Part shown: one piece after another, positions 38,305 through 49,600 of the stretch | How positions within the stretch are numbered: the stretch's first letter is position 1 | Layout: each line of letters opens with the position of its first letter | DNA from: Octopus sinensis | Lineage: Eukaryota | Assembly: GCF_006345805.1 (NCBI RefSeq) | Contig: NC_042998.1 | Coordinates: 196,540,001 to 196,604,000, forward strand | Direction of reading: 5' to 3' | Length of the DNA: 64,000 nucleotides | Position numbers and translations under genes: made by a program | The notes under the pieces: model-generated | The model's database searches: none | Told to the model about the DNA's origin: nothing | The model's input: only the letters and a program-made list of their open reading frames with translations

Positions 38305-38527
38305 CCCTTTTTAGCCTTCAGATTACTCTGTCGAATGTGGTGTTTATTTATTCCAGTTGTTTTCAATTAATCATGCATTATCTTGAGGCTTTGAGATTCT
38401 GATGATGTGATTGTTTATTTTTAGAACGACATTGTAGGGGTAGTGTAAGAGACCTGATCTGGCTGGTTTGAACATAAAACATAAAACAATATTTAGGCCA
38501 GAAATGGTCAGTTTAAGTGCTAAAGGG
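38305..38527. mobile_element. piggyBac-type MITE
   Basis: ttaa|ccctttttagc...gctaaaggg|ttaa. Confidence 0.8.
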
Positions 38528-41473
38528 TTAAAAAAAATTAAACGTGACAGAAAGGAATGAAAATACAGAACTAGGAACAGAATTGAAACAAAAAAAAAAA
38601 GGATTCTGACTCTATTTTAGGAATGATGTTTAACCTGTAATCCAGACACTTATTTTATTGTATTTTGAAAAATATATTTATGAAAAAAAAATCATATCAC
38701 TTTTTCTAAGAAATAAGATTTTAGGACTGTGGTCTTAGTTATGGTGTTTTGTTTTTTTCTTGAGATTCTCTCCTCAACTCCTGGGGCTACAAATACAGAT
38801 TCTTTATGAACAAGATCTCAGTTAGAAGCTTATACTCTGAGTAAAGTTAAAGCCAACTCTATTAGCTTGAAGAAAAAAAAAATATGGAAAACAAAAAGAA
38901 AAAAAGGCAAAGCAAATATTGTAAATATTAAAACTATATTGTTCCTTTTTTTTTTATGATGTAGTATTTTTATATGTTATAGAAACAATAAATATATCTT
39001 GAAATATTGTATGTGTATGTATGTATACATACACACTCACACATATGTATATATATATATATGAATGTATTTTTTAATGAATAGAATAAAAATTATTTTC
39101 CTTGGAATATGAGTTTTTGATTTTGGTGGTATTTCATCTGTCTTTACATTCTGAGTTCAAATTCTGCCAAGGTCAACTTTGCCTTTCATCCTTTCAGGGG
39201 CCGATCTAATAAACTGACCCTTCCTAAAAATTTCGGGCCTTGTGCCTAGAGTAAAAAAGAATATGAGTCTTTGATTTCTGCTGTGTCTGGACACACACAC
39301 ACTCGACAAGCTTCTTTCAGTTTCCATCTGCCAAATCCACTAACAAGGCTTTGGTTGGCCTGGGGCTGTAGTAGAAGACATTTGCATAAGGTACCACACA
39401 GTGGGACTGAACCCAGAACCATGTGGTTGAAAAATTTATTTACTGATTTCTTGTTAAGTCTTTGATTTCTATTCTCTTCTCAGTCTTCAGGTATAAGAGA
39501 ACCAATCAACTTGGGGTTCCTTCCAAGATTCTTGGAAGGGGAACACCACTGACCCCTGAACAATGTAGAATTGATGGAATGTGCAGGTTTCTTTGTATCT
39601 TTTATTTATTTTTTTTTCATTACTTCTTTCAGTCATGAGACCACGGCCATGCTACGGCATGGCCTTGAATTTCAGTCAAATGAATTGCTCCCCAGTACTC
39701 AGTTCTTTCAAGCCTGGCACTTTTGCTAAATCGCTAAGTTACAGGGATGTAAACACCCCAACACTGGTTGTCAAACGGTGGTGGGACACACACACACTCA
39801 ACAAGCTTCTTTCAGTTTCCATCTACCAAATTCACTCTCAAGGCTTTGGTTGGCCTGGGGCTGTAGTAGAAGACATTCACATAAGGTACCACATAGTGGG
39901 ACTGAACCCAGAACCATGTGGTTGAAAAATTTATTTACTGATTTCTTGTTTTTCTTTACTTCTTACCATTTTTTTTCATTGTTATCTTCTTTTGTTGTGT
40001 TTCCTTTTCACTAAAATCCAGGTACTGGTTCTGAATTTTTCTTGTAATCATCATCATCGTCATTTAACATCCACTTTCCATGCTAGCATTGGTTGGATGA
40101 TTTTGACTGAGGGCTGGCAAACCAGATGGCTGCACCAGACTCCAATCTTGATCCGGCAGAGTTTCTACAGCTGGATGCCCTTCCTAACGCCAACCACTCT
40201 GAGAGTGTAGTGGGTGCTTTTGCATGCCACTGGCACGGGAGCCAGTCAGGGGGTACTGGCAACGACCTCGCTCGAATCTTTTACACATGCCACTGGCACA
40301 GGTGCCAGTTAAGCGATGCTGGTGACGGTCACGCTCAGATGGTGTTTTTTACGTGCCACCGGCACGGGGGCTGGATAGCCGCTCTGGCAACAATCGCGCT
40401 TGGATGGTGCTCTTAATACCCTACTAGCACAGGGCTCGAGTGCCAGTAAAGTGATGCTGGTAATGATCACACTCGAATGGTGCCTTTTAAGTGCCACTGG
40501 CACGGAAGCTGGTTGGCCGCTCTGTCAATGATCACACTCGTATCGTTGTAATATTCTCAAATATTAAATCCTAACATCTTTTTTTTTTTTGCCTGGCTTT
40601 GCAACCATGTAGTTTTGAGTTCAATCTCACTGTACAGCACTTTGATCAGAATTCTTCCAGTGTCACCTCAAACCAACCCATGCCTCGTGAGTAAATTTGG
40701 CAGACAGAAACATTGTGTATGTGTTTGTGTGTTTGTATCCCACCATTTCTTGATAACCAGTGTTGGTTTGTTTATGTCCCTGTAACTTATTGGCTAAAGA
40801 GACAAATAGAATAAGTACCAGGCGGCGAGCTGGCAGAAACATTAGCACACTGGGTGAAATAGTTAGCAGCATTTCGTCTGCCGCCACATTCTGAGTTCAA
40901 ATTCTGCCGAGGTCTACTTAGCCTTTCATCCTTTCGGGATCGATAAATTAAGTACCAGTTACGCACTGGGGTCGATGTAATCGACTTAATCCCTTTATCT
41001 GTCCTTGTTTGTCCCCTCTGTGTTTAGCCCCTTGTGGGTAGTAAAGAAATAAGAAACATTGTCTATGTGTTTGTTTGTACCCCACCATTGCTTGACAACC
41101 AGTGTCGGTTTGTTTATGTCCGGTAACTTATTGGCAAAAGAGAGACCAATAGAATAAGTACTAGGGATCGGTTTGCTCAATTAAACCCTTCAAGTGTGTA
41201 TGTGTGTGTGTGTGTGTGTTACATGATCTTTCATTAAGCAGTAGTAGTAGCAGTAGTAATAGTAGTAGCAGTAGTGTGAGTGGTGGGGAGGCAGGTGCAC
41301 TAAATAGTACATTACTGCATCCACCATTTATTGGTGATTCTCTATTCTTGGCAGACGAGACCATTGCACCGTTCAGGTGACACCCCTCCAACCGATGGGT
41401 CTGTTTTGGGCAGTGAGGGGTTTTTAATGAGGTCGGCGTGCAAAACCCTTCCCCAACCAGTTTTAGCTACATG

Positions 41474-41886
41474 TTAAGGGTCAGATTTAAACACTACATG
41501 TTCCAACAGTAAACTCGGTGACACAAACTGGGAAAATATGGCCTCTCCACAGACGTAACCAGCTGCTGCTGACGCCACAACTAATGGCAGGAAATGTTCG
41601 ATACGGGGATGAGCTTTGTGGAAGAATCGAAGAGATTCACACTCGAGCATTTGGTTTTTTCTTTCCGATGCTGATAATTTAGGGTTACAAAATACATTGC
41701 GCTCCCACACTTTAAATTCGTTTGCCCATTCAAATACACCATCAACAGTTTTCGCTTTTTCGCTTGAGTGAGTCATGAAACCAGATCCAACAATCAGGAT
41801 TCCGTCTTTGCGTAGTTCTGATAATGCCTCACCAATTTCTTGGTGTTCTTTGATGTCCAAAGTGTTCTTTAGAGAGATTTGGAATG
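41474..41886 (-). CDS. DODA: LigB-family extradiol dioxygenase (DODA-like), exon 2 (terminal)
   Basis: Acceptor ttatttcag|CA joins to give IPTFQISLKNTLDIKEHQEIGEALSELRKDGILIVGSGFMTH...AHPRIEHFLPL...SDP, ending in TAA. Spliced CDS 858 nt, 285 aa. Confidence 0.93.
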
Positions 41887-42056
41887 CTGAAATAAATTAC
41901 AATAAAATATTAAAAATCATGAAAGCTAATTTTAATATTTTAAGTTTCATTTTGTGATGTGTGTCAGTATGTATGTGTGTGAGCCTAGCAATTTGTTTTC
42001 ATATTCAATTCTGATATAATTGTAATTTACACCATCTGAAAGGTATTTATTGAGCA

Positions 42057-42360
42057 CTAGCAGTATCACCCGGCGTTGCTTGGGTTTGTAAGGGAAATAA
42101 CTATATAAGCATTTTTAGAGAGTTACTTCCCTTATATAAACCGAGCAAAAAATGCATTAAAAAAACGAAAAAATGATGGTAAACTTTTTTTCAATCATAG
42201 ACTCATCGTAGACACACGCTAATACCCAGAAGGGCTTGACATGAATCACAACTATAAGATATCCGCTTTTGGTTAAACTGCACCGCAAAATGTGGGAGTA
42301 GTTAGGAATCTAAATCGGAGGAGACAGACTCTCACACAACTTCAGTTTTATATATAAAGA
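42057..42360 (-). mobile_element. Helitron-type non-autonomous element
   Basis: On - it starts A|TC and ends CTAG|T, with subterminal cccaagcaacgccggg. Confidence 0.7.
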
Positions 42361-43420
42361 TTTCATTAAATAATACCCTTTTTTCAGAAAGTTATGAGGA
42401 AACAAAGTTCATTCGAGTGAATTTTCCGAAACCCCTTTCCCCACTCTCGGAAAAACATTTTTATGAGAAATTCCGATACAACCGGAATCTACACCAGCTG
42501 AAACATATTTCTAGAAAATTTTGTATTAAAGTTGTCGTATTTCGATAATTTCACCCCCTCCCACAATTTTAAATTTTGAACTCTTTCATCCATTTATTCC
42601 TTTAACTCTTTTACTTGTTTCAGTCATTTGACTGTGGCCATGCTGGAGCACCGTCGAGCGAATCAACCCCAGGACTTATTCTTTGTAAGCCTAATACTTA
42701 TTCTGTCGGTCTCTTTTGCACCAGCATCGGTTGTCAAACGATGTGGGGGGGGACAAACACAGGCACACATACATATATATATATATATATACGGCGGGCT
42801 TCTTTCAGTTTCCGTCTACCAAATCCACTCCCAAGGCCTTGGTCGGCCCGAGGCTATAGTAGAAGATACTTGCCCAAGGTGCCACGCAGTGGGACTGAAC
42901 CCGGAACCATGTGGTTGGTAAGCAAGCTACTTACTACACAGCCAATCCTACGCCTATAATAACTCTATTTATCCCTGTCCGTTTATTTATAAAATATATT
43001 TGTCAACTAAATGTGGCGGTCCTGTAGAAGACCGTGTTACTATTGTTTTTAGCCCCAGGAAGACATTCATATCTATTTCTTTATACACCTATCTAGATGC
43101 TTATTGAATTCAAAATTTTGAAAACCTGGTTCCTTGCATATTCGTAATCTCCGTCATCTAAAACATGACGGGAAAAAAATCTAGAAAAAGTTCAAAATTT
43201 TAGGGGAAGGGGTAAATTTTTTTTAATTTTTTTAGCATATTCGTAATCTCTGACATGCTAAACGTAAGAATCTGAAAAAAAATTTTTTTTAAATGCATTT
43301 TTCAAGGAGAGGTGCGAAACTGCATTAACCCTCCCATAAATGTGCTTGTTTCCATCTTATATAAAATATCTGTACAGGCATGAGCCATATTTTTCGAGAA
43401 GCGACCCGCTAAGATATGGA

Positions 43421-43663
43421 GTACTACTTGAGAACAGTGGTCCCGGTGCGCGCACTCGCGTAGTCACGCATCCGCGCTAGCTAGTCGTGACTAGTCGATC
43501 CTACAACGACTACCTAGCAAAGTAAATAAAACACAAAAACACAAAGTAAATAATTTTTTAAACACAGTAAATAACAAAAACACAAAGTAAGGATCGACTA
43601 GTCATGACTAGCTAGCGCGGATACGCGAGTGCGCGCACCGGGACCACTGTTCTGAAGTAGTAC
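43421..43663. mobile_element. GC-rich MITE with 74-82 bp TIRs and 8-9 bp TSD
   Basis: Arms at 43421-43502 and 43590-43663 (2 substitutions plus one 8-nt indel). aagatatgg on both flanks. Confidence 0.88.
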
Positions 43664-43856
43664 CAAGATATGGCTCATCATCAGTCGGGCCGCACTACTA
43701 AAAATATTCAACGTAATTCTTTGTGAGATACGCCATTCAGTGCCGTCCCGTGGCCCGCAGTTGGCCCATGGCGGTTCTCTACGTTGGTTACGTTTATAAA
43801 GAATTGCTTACGTGAAGCTCAAGAGATGCTACTGTCGTCACTTCCGATCAATTTAC

Positions 43857-44095
43857 TGGGAATGTCGACCTCCTCCGACCAGACTTTAAATTGAAGGTTA
43901 CCAACATCCCCGTGAGCCAACCGTCGACCATGTCCCTGCCCACACGGTACATCGTGTGTTTTTTGAATAACTTGGAGATACGGACAGCAGCAACTGGTGC
44001 TCTTCCTGCAGGTATGCTCTTGGGAAATCCATAAAGAAGTTTGGCTGCTATTTCTAACGTCTCGTCTATTTCAACGATAAACCAACAAGGAGCAC
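43857..44095 (-). pseudogene. Decayed, internally deleted copy of DODA exon 1 nested in the DODA intron
   Basis: Translates GAPCWFIVEIDETLEIAAKLL-YGFPKSIPAGRAPVAAVRISKLFKKH..., and in a shifted frame VWSEEVDIP followed by a|gtaaat. Compare the intact GGPSFFM..EAAKFL / YGFPKSM..PAKGAPAVAARVTELFKTH / VWPEADIP a|gtaagt. Confidence 0.8.
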
Positions 44096-44153
44096 CTGTA
44101 AGTTTTGGGTTGACGTATACGATGGCGGTTTATAGTAGCGACGTAAACAAAAA

Positions 44154-44550
44154 TCTCTCTCTATATAAAGCTGAAGTTGTCTGTGTATGGCAGGTTTGGT
44201 AGCCTTCAACTAACACTATCTCCTCCGAGACCCTGCGGCGCAAGTTGACCAAAATTGAGAGTATGATAGAAGAAGGCTTGCTCTTCCTTTCAAAGAAGAA
44301 AAAATTCAAATCGGACCATGTTAATACCAAAAATTATTTATATAAAAAAAGGTGCTTTTTTTTCTATGAAAACCCCCTTTTTTCTTTACGATTCTTTGAC
44401 TGCTGTGTTGTCATTTTTCGGTGTATTTCAACCAGAAAAATGTTCACTTAAAGAGAATAACAAGCTACATTATGCAAAATGTTTACTTTTCAAAAATTCC
44501 AATTCTAAAGGGTCGAAACAAACCCGAGCAACGCCTGGCAATACTGCTAG
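44154..44550 (+). mobile_element. Helitron-type non-autonomous element
   Basis: A|TCtctctctatataaagctgaagttg...aaacccgagcaacgcctggcaatactgCTAG|T. Termini are shared with the 42057-42360 element. Confidence 0.7.
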
Positions 44551-44580
44551 TGAATAAATAAAATTTGAGGGTTAACTTAC

Positions 44581-45025
44581 TTGGAATGTCGGCTTCTGGC
44601 CAGACCAAGATAAGGGGCACAAAAACGCCATGGTCTAAACCACGACCACGCACCTGCCTGCATGATATACCGTGTGTCTTGAATAATTCGGTGACACGGG
44701 CAGCCACAGCCGGAGCTCCTTTTGCAGGCCATTTCAGGTCATACATGCTCTTGGGAAATCCGTAATAATCAAAGAACAAGGAATGGTTTTGGTCGTCCAT
44801 GACGCATGGGACATTCTCTTCCCAGTGGGCGCTCACAACTAGGATCGCCTCTGGCCGTTTGTTCAGGTGAGTTCGTGTTAGATTTTGCAGGAATTTCGCT
44901 GCCTCTGAGTCCCGATCCATTCCACGCATATCTGGATATTCCTTGACATCCATGAAGAACGAAGGCCCACCTCCATGCGATAAGAAAATAACAGGCTGTA
45001 CACGATCGTTCGAGTGACCCGACAT
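44581..45025 (-). CDS. DODA: LigB-family extradiol ring-cleavage dioxygenase (4,5-DOPA dioxygenase/YgiD-like), exon 1
   Basis: Family motifs PVIFLSHGGGP, ILVVSAHWE, FDYYGFP, RGLDHGVFVPL and ADIP. Donor A|gtaagt, phase 1. Confidence 0.93.
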
Positions 45026-45492
45026 AATTCTATTTCAATATTTGCTGCGAGAGTCGAGCTGACAACTTCCAACTTGTCACTTCCACTCTTCCTCTCTTTC
45101 ACCCTCTCTATCTATTGATCGCTTTCTTTTCTCCATGTCTCACCTGTATTATTATTCCTTCTCTCTCTCACTCTCTTTCTTTAACCTTCACTCATTAATG
45201 GATCTTGTTAAATTTCTTCTCAAATTTTTACCAAATTTTTTTTTAAATTTCGACATTACTCTTTTACTCTTTTACTTGTTTCAGTCGTTTGACTGCGGCC
45301 ATTCTGGAGCACCACCTTTAATCGAGCAACTCGACCCCGAAACTTATTCTTTGTAAGCCCAGTACTTATCCTATCGGTCTCTTTTGCCGAACCGCTAAGT
45401 GACGGGGACATAAACACATCAGCATCGGTTGTCAAGCAATGCTAAGGGGACAAACACAGACACACAAACACACACACTTACACATATATATA

Positions 45493-45535
<43 letters not shown>

Positions 45536-46529
45536 ATATACATATATATACGACGGGCTTCTTTCAGTTTCGGTTTGGTCAGCCCAAGGTGCCACGCAGT
45601 GGGACTGAACCCAGAACTACTCCTGCACCTACATTGTGTAACCTTTTTTTATTGTACTTTATACGCACTTTTGACAAGTTGTGGTGCACCTGAGCACTGT
45701 ATACAATAATTTCATTATTATTATTACTATTATTATTTAATTTCTAGTGGAAGTGTGTGTGTGGAGGGGGGGGCGATGAATGCAAGTTTCGTCTCCAGCT
45801 TTCAAAACTACATTTAAAAAATTATTCTAGAGAAAATACTTGAAATTTAACAAGATCCATTGTTGTATCTGTTTCGTATATAATTGGTGCCAATTAAAAT
45901 TAACCCATAAGAACAGTAATGCACACTTAATAAATCAATTAAACTATGATGCCGAGAAATGACAACATTAATATACTGCAATAACTTTATCTACACTACA
46001 GGATGCAGCTAAAACAACCCATCAGTTTCGCCGATCTTGATAAACCTTTCAAGAAGAAACACAGAATACATCAATGCAAATAACGATAGTAACAAAAGCG
46101 GGGAAACACGATAAAACATTAAACTACATAAAGACACCATCGCTGCCTGTTTGAATTTTGTTAGTGTCACATCAATAGCCATGAGAAATAAGGTTTTTCT
46201 GTCTCATCTGTAATAACAATGTTGTTAAACATTTTTTTTTATTCGTTTCGATCATCCAGGATAGCCAGATTATTTATTTCTGTATATATCTCGTTACTAT
46301 TGGTTTCATTCTAATTGACGACGCTATAATCAATGATTACCTCTTCTTTTTTTTTTCCTTCAACTTTCATCTGCCCACTTCGAATTACACTGGTCAACAA
46401 AATACAACTTTCATTTTCTGGCATAAAATCTTAGAGTTGTATTAGACTTAATTTTAGCAGGATGATTCCAAAACTGATCTCAGATTTGCTTTATCACATA
46501 ACATTTTTGTGCCATCAGTATCTGCTTTT

Positions 46530-46785
46530 ATTTCTTCTTTATGCCTTTAGCCCTCCAATATGGAGTATCGGCCACTTATAGGTGAATTCCATGTCGCATA
46601 ATTTTTCGCTTCTGTACTTATACTCTGCCATGAATGTCCCCCTTTCTCTAGTTCCTTTTGTGTTGATCTACGCCACGAGTTCTTAGGCCTACTTTTCTTC
46701 CTATATCCATCCGGTTTCCACTCTAAAGCCCTTTTCGCTACATTTGGTGAGTCTTTTCTAATTGTGCTACCAATCCACTCTCAAA
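46530..46785 (-). mobile_element. RTE-clade LINE 3' fragment, a different subfamily from the 55.7-59.6 kb element
   Basis: EWIGSTIRKDSPNVAKRALEWKPDGYRKKSRPKNSWRRSTQKELEK. Confidence 0.75.
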
Positions 46786-47981
46786 GCCCAACCCCTCATC
46801 CTCGTCGTGAGAGATGGAACCAGGTAAAGCTGGCGCTGGTGAAGTTGAATGGGCTAATCACCCGTGCAATGGGTTTTCAAATTGATTACGAAAACACTGA
46901 TACTTTTATTTACCTGAAGTATATCAAAAGTTAACTTTACACCACTATTTGCAGGAATTTTGGATTGTCATGCTAATTCTGAATAATATGTTCAGGCGGA
47001 GTTTTGCTTTAAAATCCCATCTCTTCTTTTCAGGTGGGAACTAAACCACTGTGCTCTAGTTAGGGATACAACATCAAAAAGAAGGACGTGCTGTAACGAC
47101 CCCTGATATTTCTGTTAAATCTGTGGAGACTTCACTCCACAGCCTTAAAGGCACAAATATTAATAACTTTGTCGAGGTGTCTCTTGCTTACTTTAAAATA
47201 ACTCTCGGAGACTAGAATAAAACCTGTGTTGAAGCAATTTATCAAAGCTCTCGATCAAAGTGGAGACTGCTTCAGATGTAGATGTACATATTTCTTTACT
47301 ACCCACAAGGGGCTAAACTCAGAGAGGACAAACAAGGACAGACATAGGTATTAAGTTGATTATATCGACCCCAGTGCGTAATTGGTACTTAATTTATCGA
47401 CCCTGTAAGGATGAAAGGCAAAGTCGACTTCAGAACGTAACAGCAGATGAAATACGGCTACGCATTTCGCCCGGCGTGCTAACGATTCTGCCAGCTCGCC
47501 GCTTCAGATATATATGTACAGCCTTTCAAAGTCTCAGTAACGAGAAAAAGGCAGGAATATTTGATGGGCCTCAGATAAGAACACTCCTCAGGGATCCACA
47601 TTTTGTTACCACAATGAGTGCGGTGGAGGCTAGAGCTTGGAATGCCTTCTCTGATGTGGTGAAGAATTTCCTTGGAAACAGGAAAGCTGACAAGCATCAA
47701 GAGATTGTGCAGGAGCTGTTCTGGGGCTTGCAAGCAGCTGGATGTAGAATGAGCATTAAATTGCACTAATAAGATGGTCCCTTGTGTGAGTTTCCAGGGA
47801 ATGTGGGCGAGGTTAGTGAAGAACCAGGTAAACGCATTCATCACGATGTAAAAGTAATGGAAGAACACTGCCAAGGCTGATGGGGCTCAAATATGTCAGA
47901 TTACTGCTGGAGCTTGATGGGAGGCATTCCGGAAGCCGTGCACAAGAAATCATCAAATAAGAGGAAGTAATAAGATGATCG

Positions 47982-48295
47982 TGGAGGCACATGGCCTAGT
48001 GGTTAGAGCACGGACTCGTGGTCAAGGGATCGTGGGTTCAAATCTCAGACCAGGCGATGTGTGTGTTTATGGGTGAAACACCTAAGCTCCACGCAGCTCC
48101 GGCAGAAGGTAATGGCGAACTTCTGCTGACTTTTTCGCCACAACTTTCTCTCACCCTTTCCTCTTGCATCTAGCAGCTCACCTGAGATGGACCGGCGTCC
48201 CGTCCAGGTGGGAAACCTATTTGCCAAAGAAACCGGGAAACTGGCCCTTATGAGCCAAGCATGGCTCAAGAAGGAACAAGCAACTGTTCCTTCTA
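47982..48295 (+). mobile_element. tRNA-derived SINE with V-domain-like core
   Basis: A box tggcctagtgg, B box gggttcaaatc, and cctgagatggaccggcgtcccgtccaggtg resembling the V-SINE central domain. A related degenerate copy is near 19080-19270. Confidence 0.7.
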
Positions 48296-49112
48296 AAGGA
48301 GGAAACAATAAGATGACCAGAATGAATGACCACAATGAACAGAGATTTTGTATTCATAGAAATTGTAGTTGTGATACCTGTGCCGGTGGCACGTAAAAAG
48401 CACCATCCGAACGTGGCCGATGCCAGCGCCGCCTTGACTGGCGTCCGTGTCGGTTGACACGTAAAAAGCACCAACCGATTGTGGTCGTTTGCCAGCCCCA
48501 TCTGGCCCCTGTGCCAGTGGCATGTAAAAATCACCCACTACACTCATGGAGTGGTTGGCGTTAAGAAGGGCATCCAGCTGTAGAAACACTGCCAGATCAG
48601 ACTGGAGCCTGGTGCAGCCTCCTGGCTTACCATACGCCAGTCAAACCTTCCAATCCATGCTAGCATGGAAAACGGACTTTAAACGATGATGATTTTGCTA
48701 TGACCAAGCTTAATTCTTACCTGCTAATGTGCATTTTTTACTCCCATAGCTTTGTGTTTTGGTTTATTAGATTAAAAAATGACATACAGTCTATTAAAAA
48801 TTGCATCTACGTATGTTTAATTCTTCCTTAATGAGAATTAAATAGCTGTTTCTAGCAAAACTAAAAGATTTTATATCTCAAAAATCTGATCTGATAGACA
48901 AAATCTGATGCCAGATTTTAGATCCATCATCATCGTTTAACATCCGCTTTCCGCGCTAGCACGGGTTGGACGGTTCGACCGGGGTCTGGGAAGCCAGGGG
49001 CTGCACCAGGCTCCAGTCTGATCTGGCAGTGTTTCTACAGCTTGATGCCCTTCCTAACGCCAACCACTCCACTCCAGTACCCCAAAATTAGCTAAAAACC
49101 ATTGATAAATAA

Positions 49113-49304
49113 ATTGCATCGTGGAAGGTGTTTATAAGCCATTTAAGAAACACACAAAAACCGTTAGATTCACGTCAACATTTAAATTTAATTTGTGTCT
49201 CAAAGCGACGAAAATATTTTGACACAAATTAAATTTAAATGTTGAAGTGAATCTAACGGTTTTTGTGTTTTTAAATGGCTTACAAACACCTTCCACGCTG
49301 CAAT
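49113..49304. repeat. Foldback element, arms of about 85 bp
   Basis: attgcatcgtggaaggtg...tttgtgtc / gacacaaa...caccttccacgctgcaat. Confidence 0.88.
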
Positions 49305-49600
49305 TGTTTTCGTTCCAGCACACGAACTCAGATCAGGTCACTTGCTATGCAAGTACATCTCCATTGATAAATCTTGTGCCAGAAAATGTGATGACCAGCA
49401 TTATCATATCAGCTCCATTTTCGCTACAAACACGGAGTTGTATATTCCACTATTTGGCATTCTTTCGATATTGGTACACAAAGCAATTCACCCATACAAC
49501 CTTCCATCATGACACAAAAGGGGCTTAGCTGAAAAAGTCGGTGAATGAGGTCCTCCCCTCCTCACACTTTGCAGACCAATGCCGAAGGAACACCTTCCAT

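Larger units (their letters stand above)
46388..49100 (+). mobile_element. Decayed Chapaev3-type (CMC) DNA transposon with nested insertions
   Basis: Left end tta|CACTGGTCAACAAAA. N-terminal relic near 47080-47225 (RRTCCNDP..FC.ICGDFT...LAYF...LGD.NK). C-terminal relic 47225-47970 (KQFIKALD..GDCFRY, GIFDGPQIR, AWNAFSDVVKNFLGN, GCRMSIKLH, DYCWSL). Right end not found. The superfamily call is from memory of the motifs. Confidence 0.72.

Noticed and set aside
40200-40540. Regularly spaced gtgccac/tggcac repeats that look like a CRISPR array (also at 10560, 16840, 53690, 62650)
   Set aside because: The spacers are homologous to each other, the units match the RTE LINE 3' UTR, the context is eukaryotic, and there are no cas genes.
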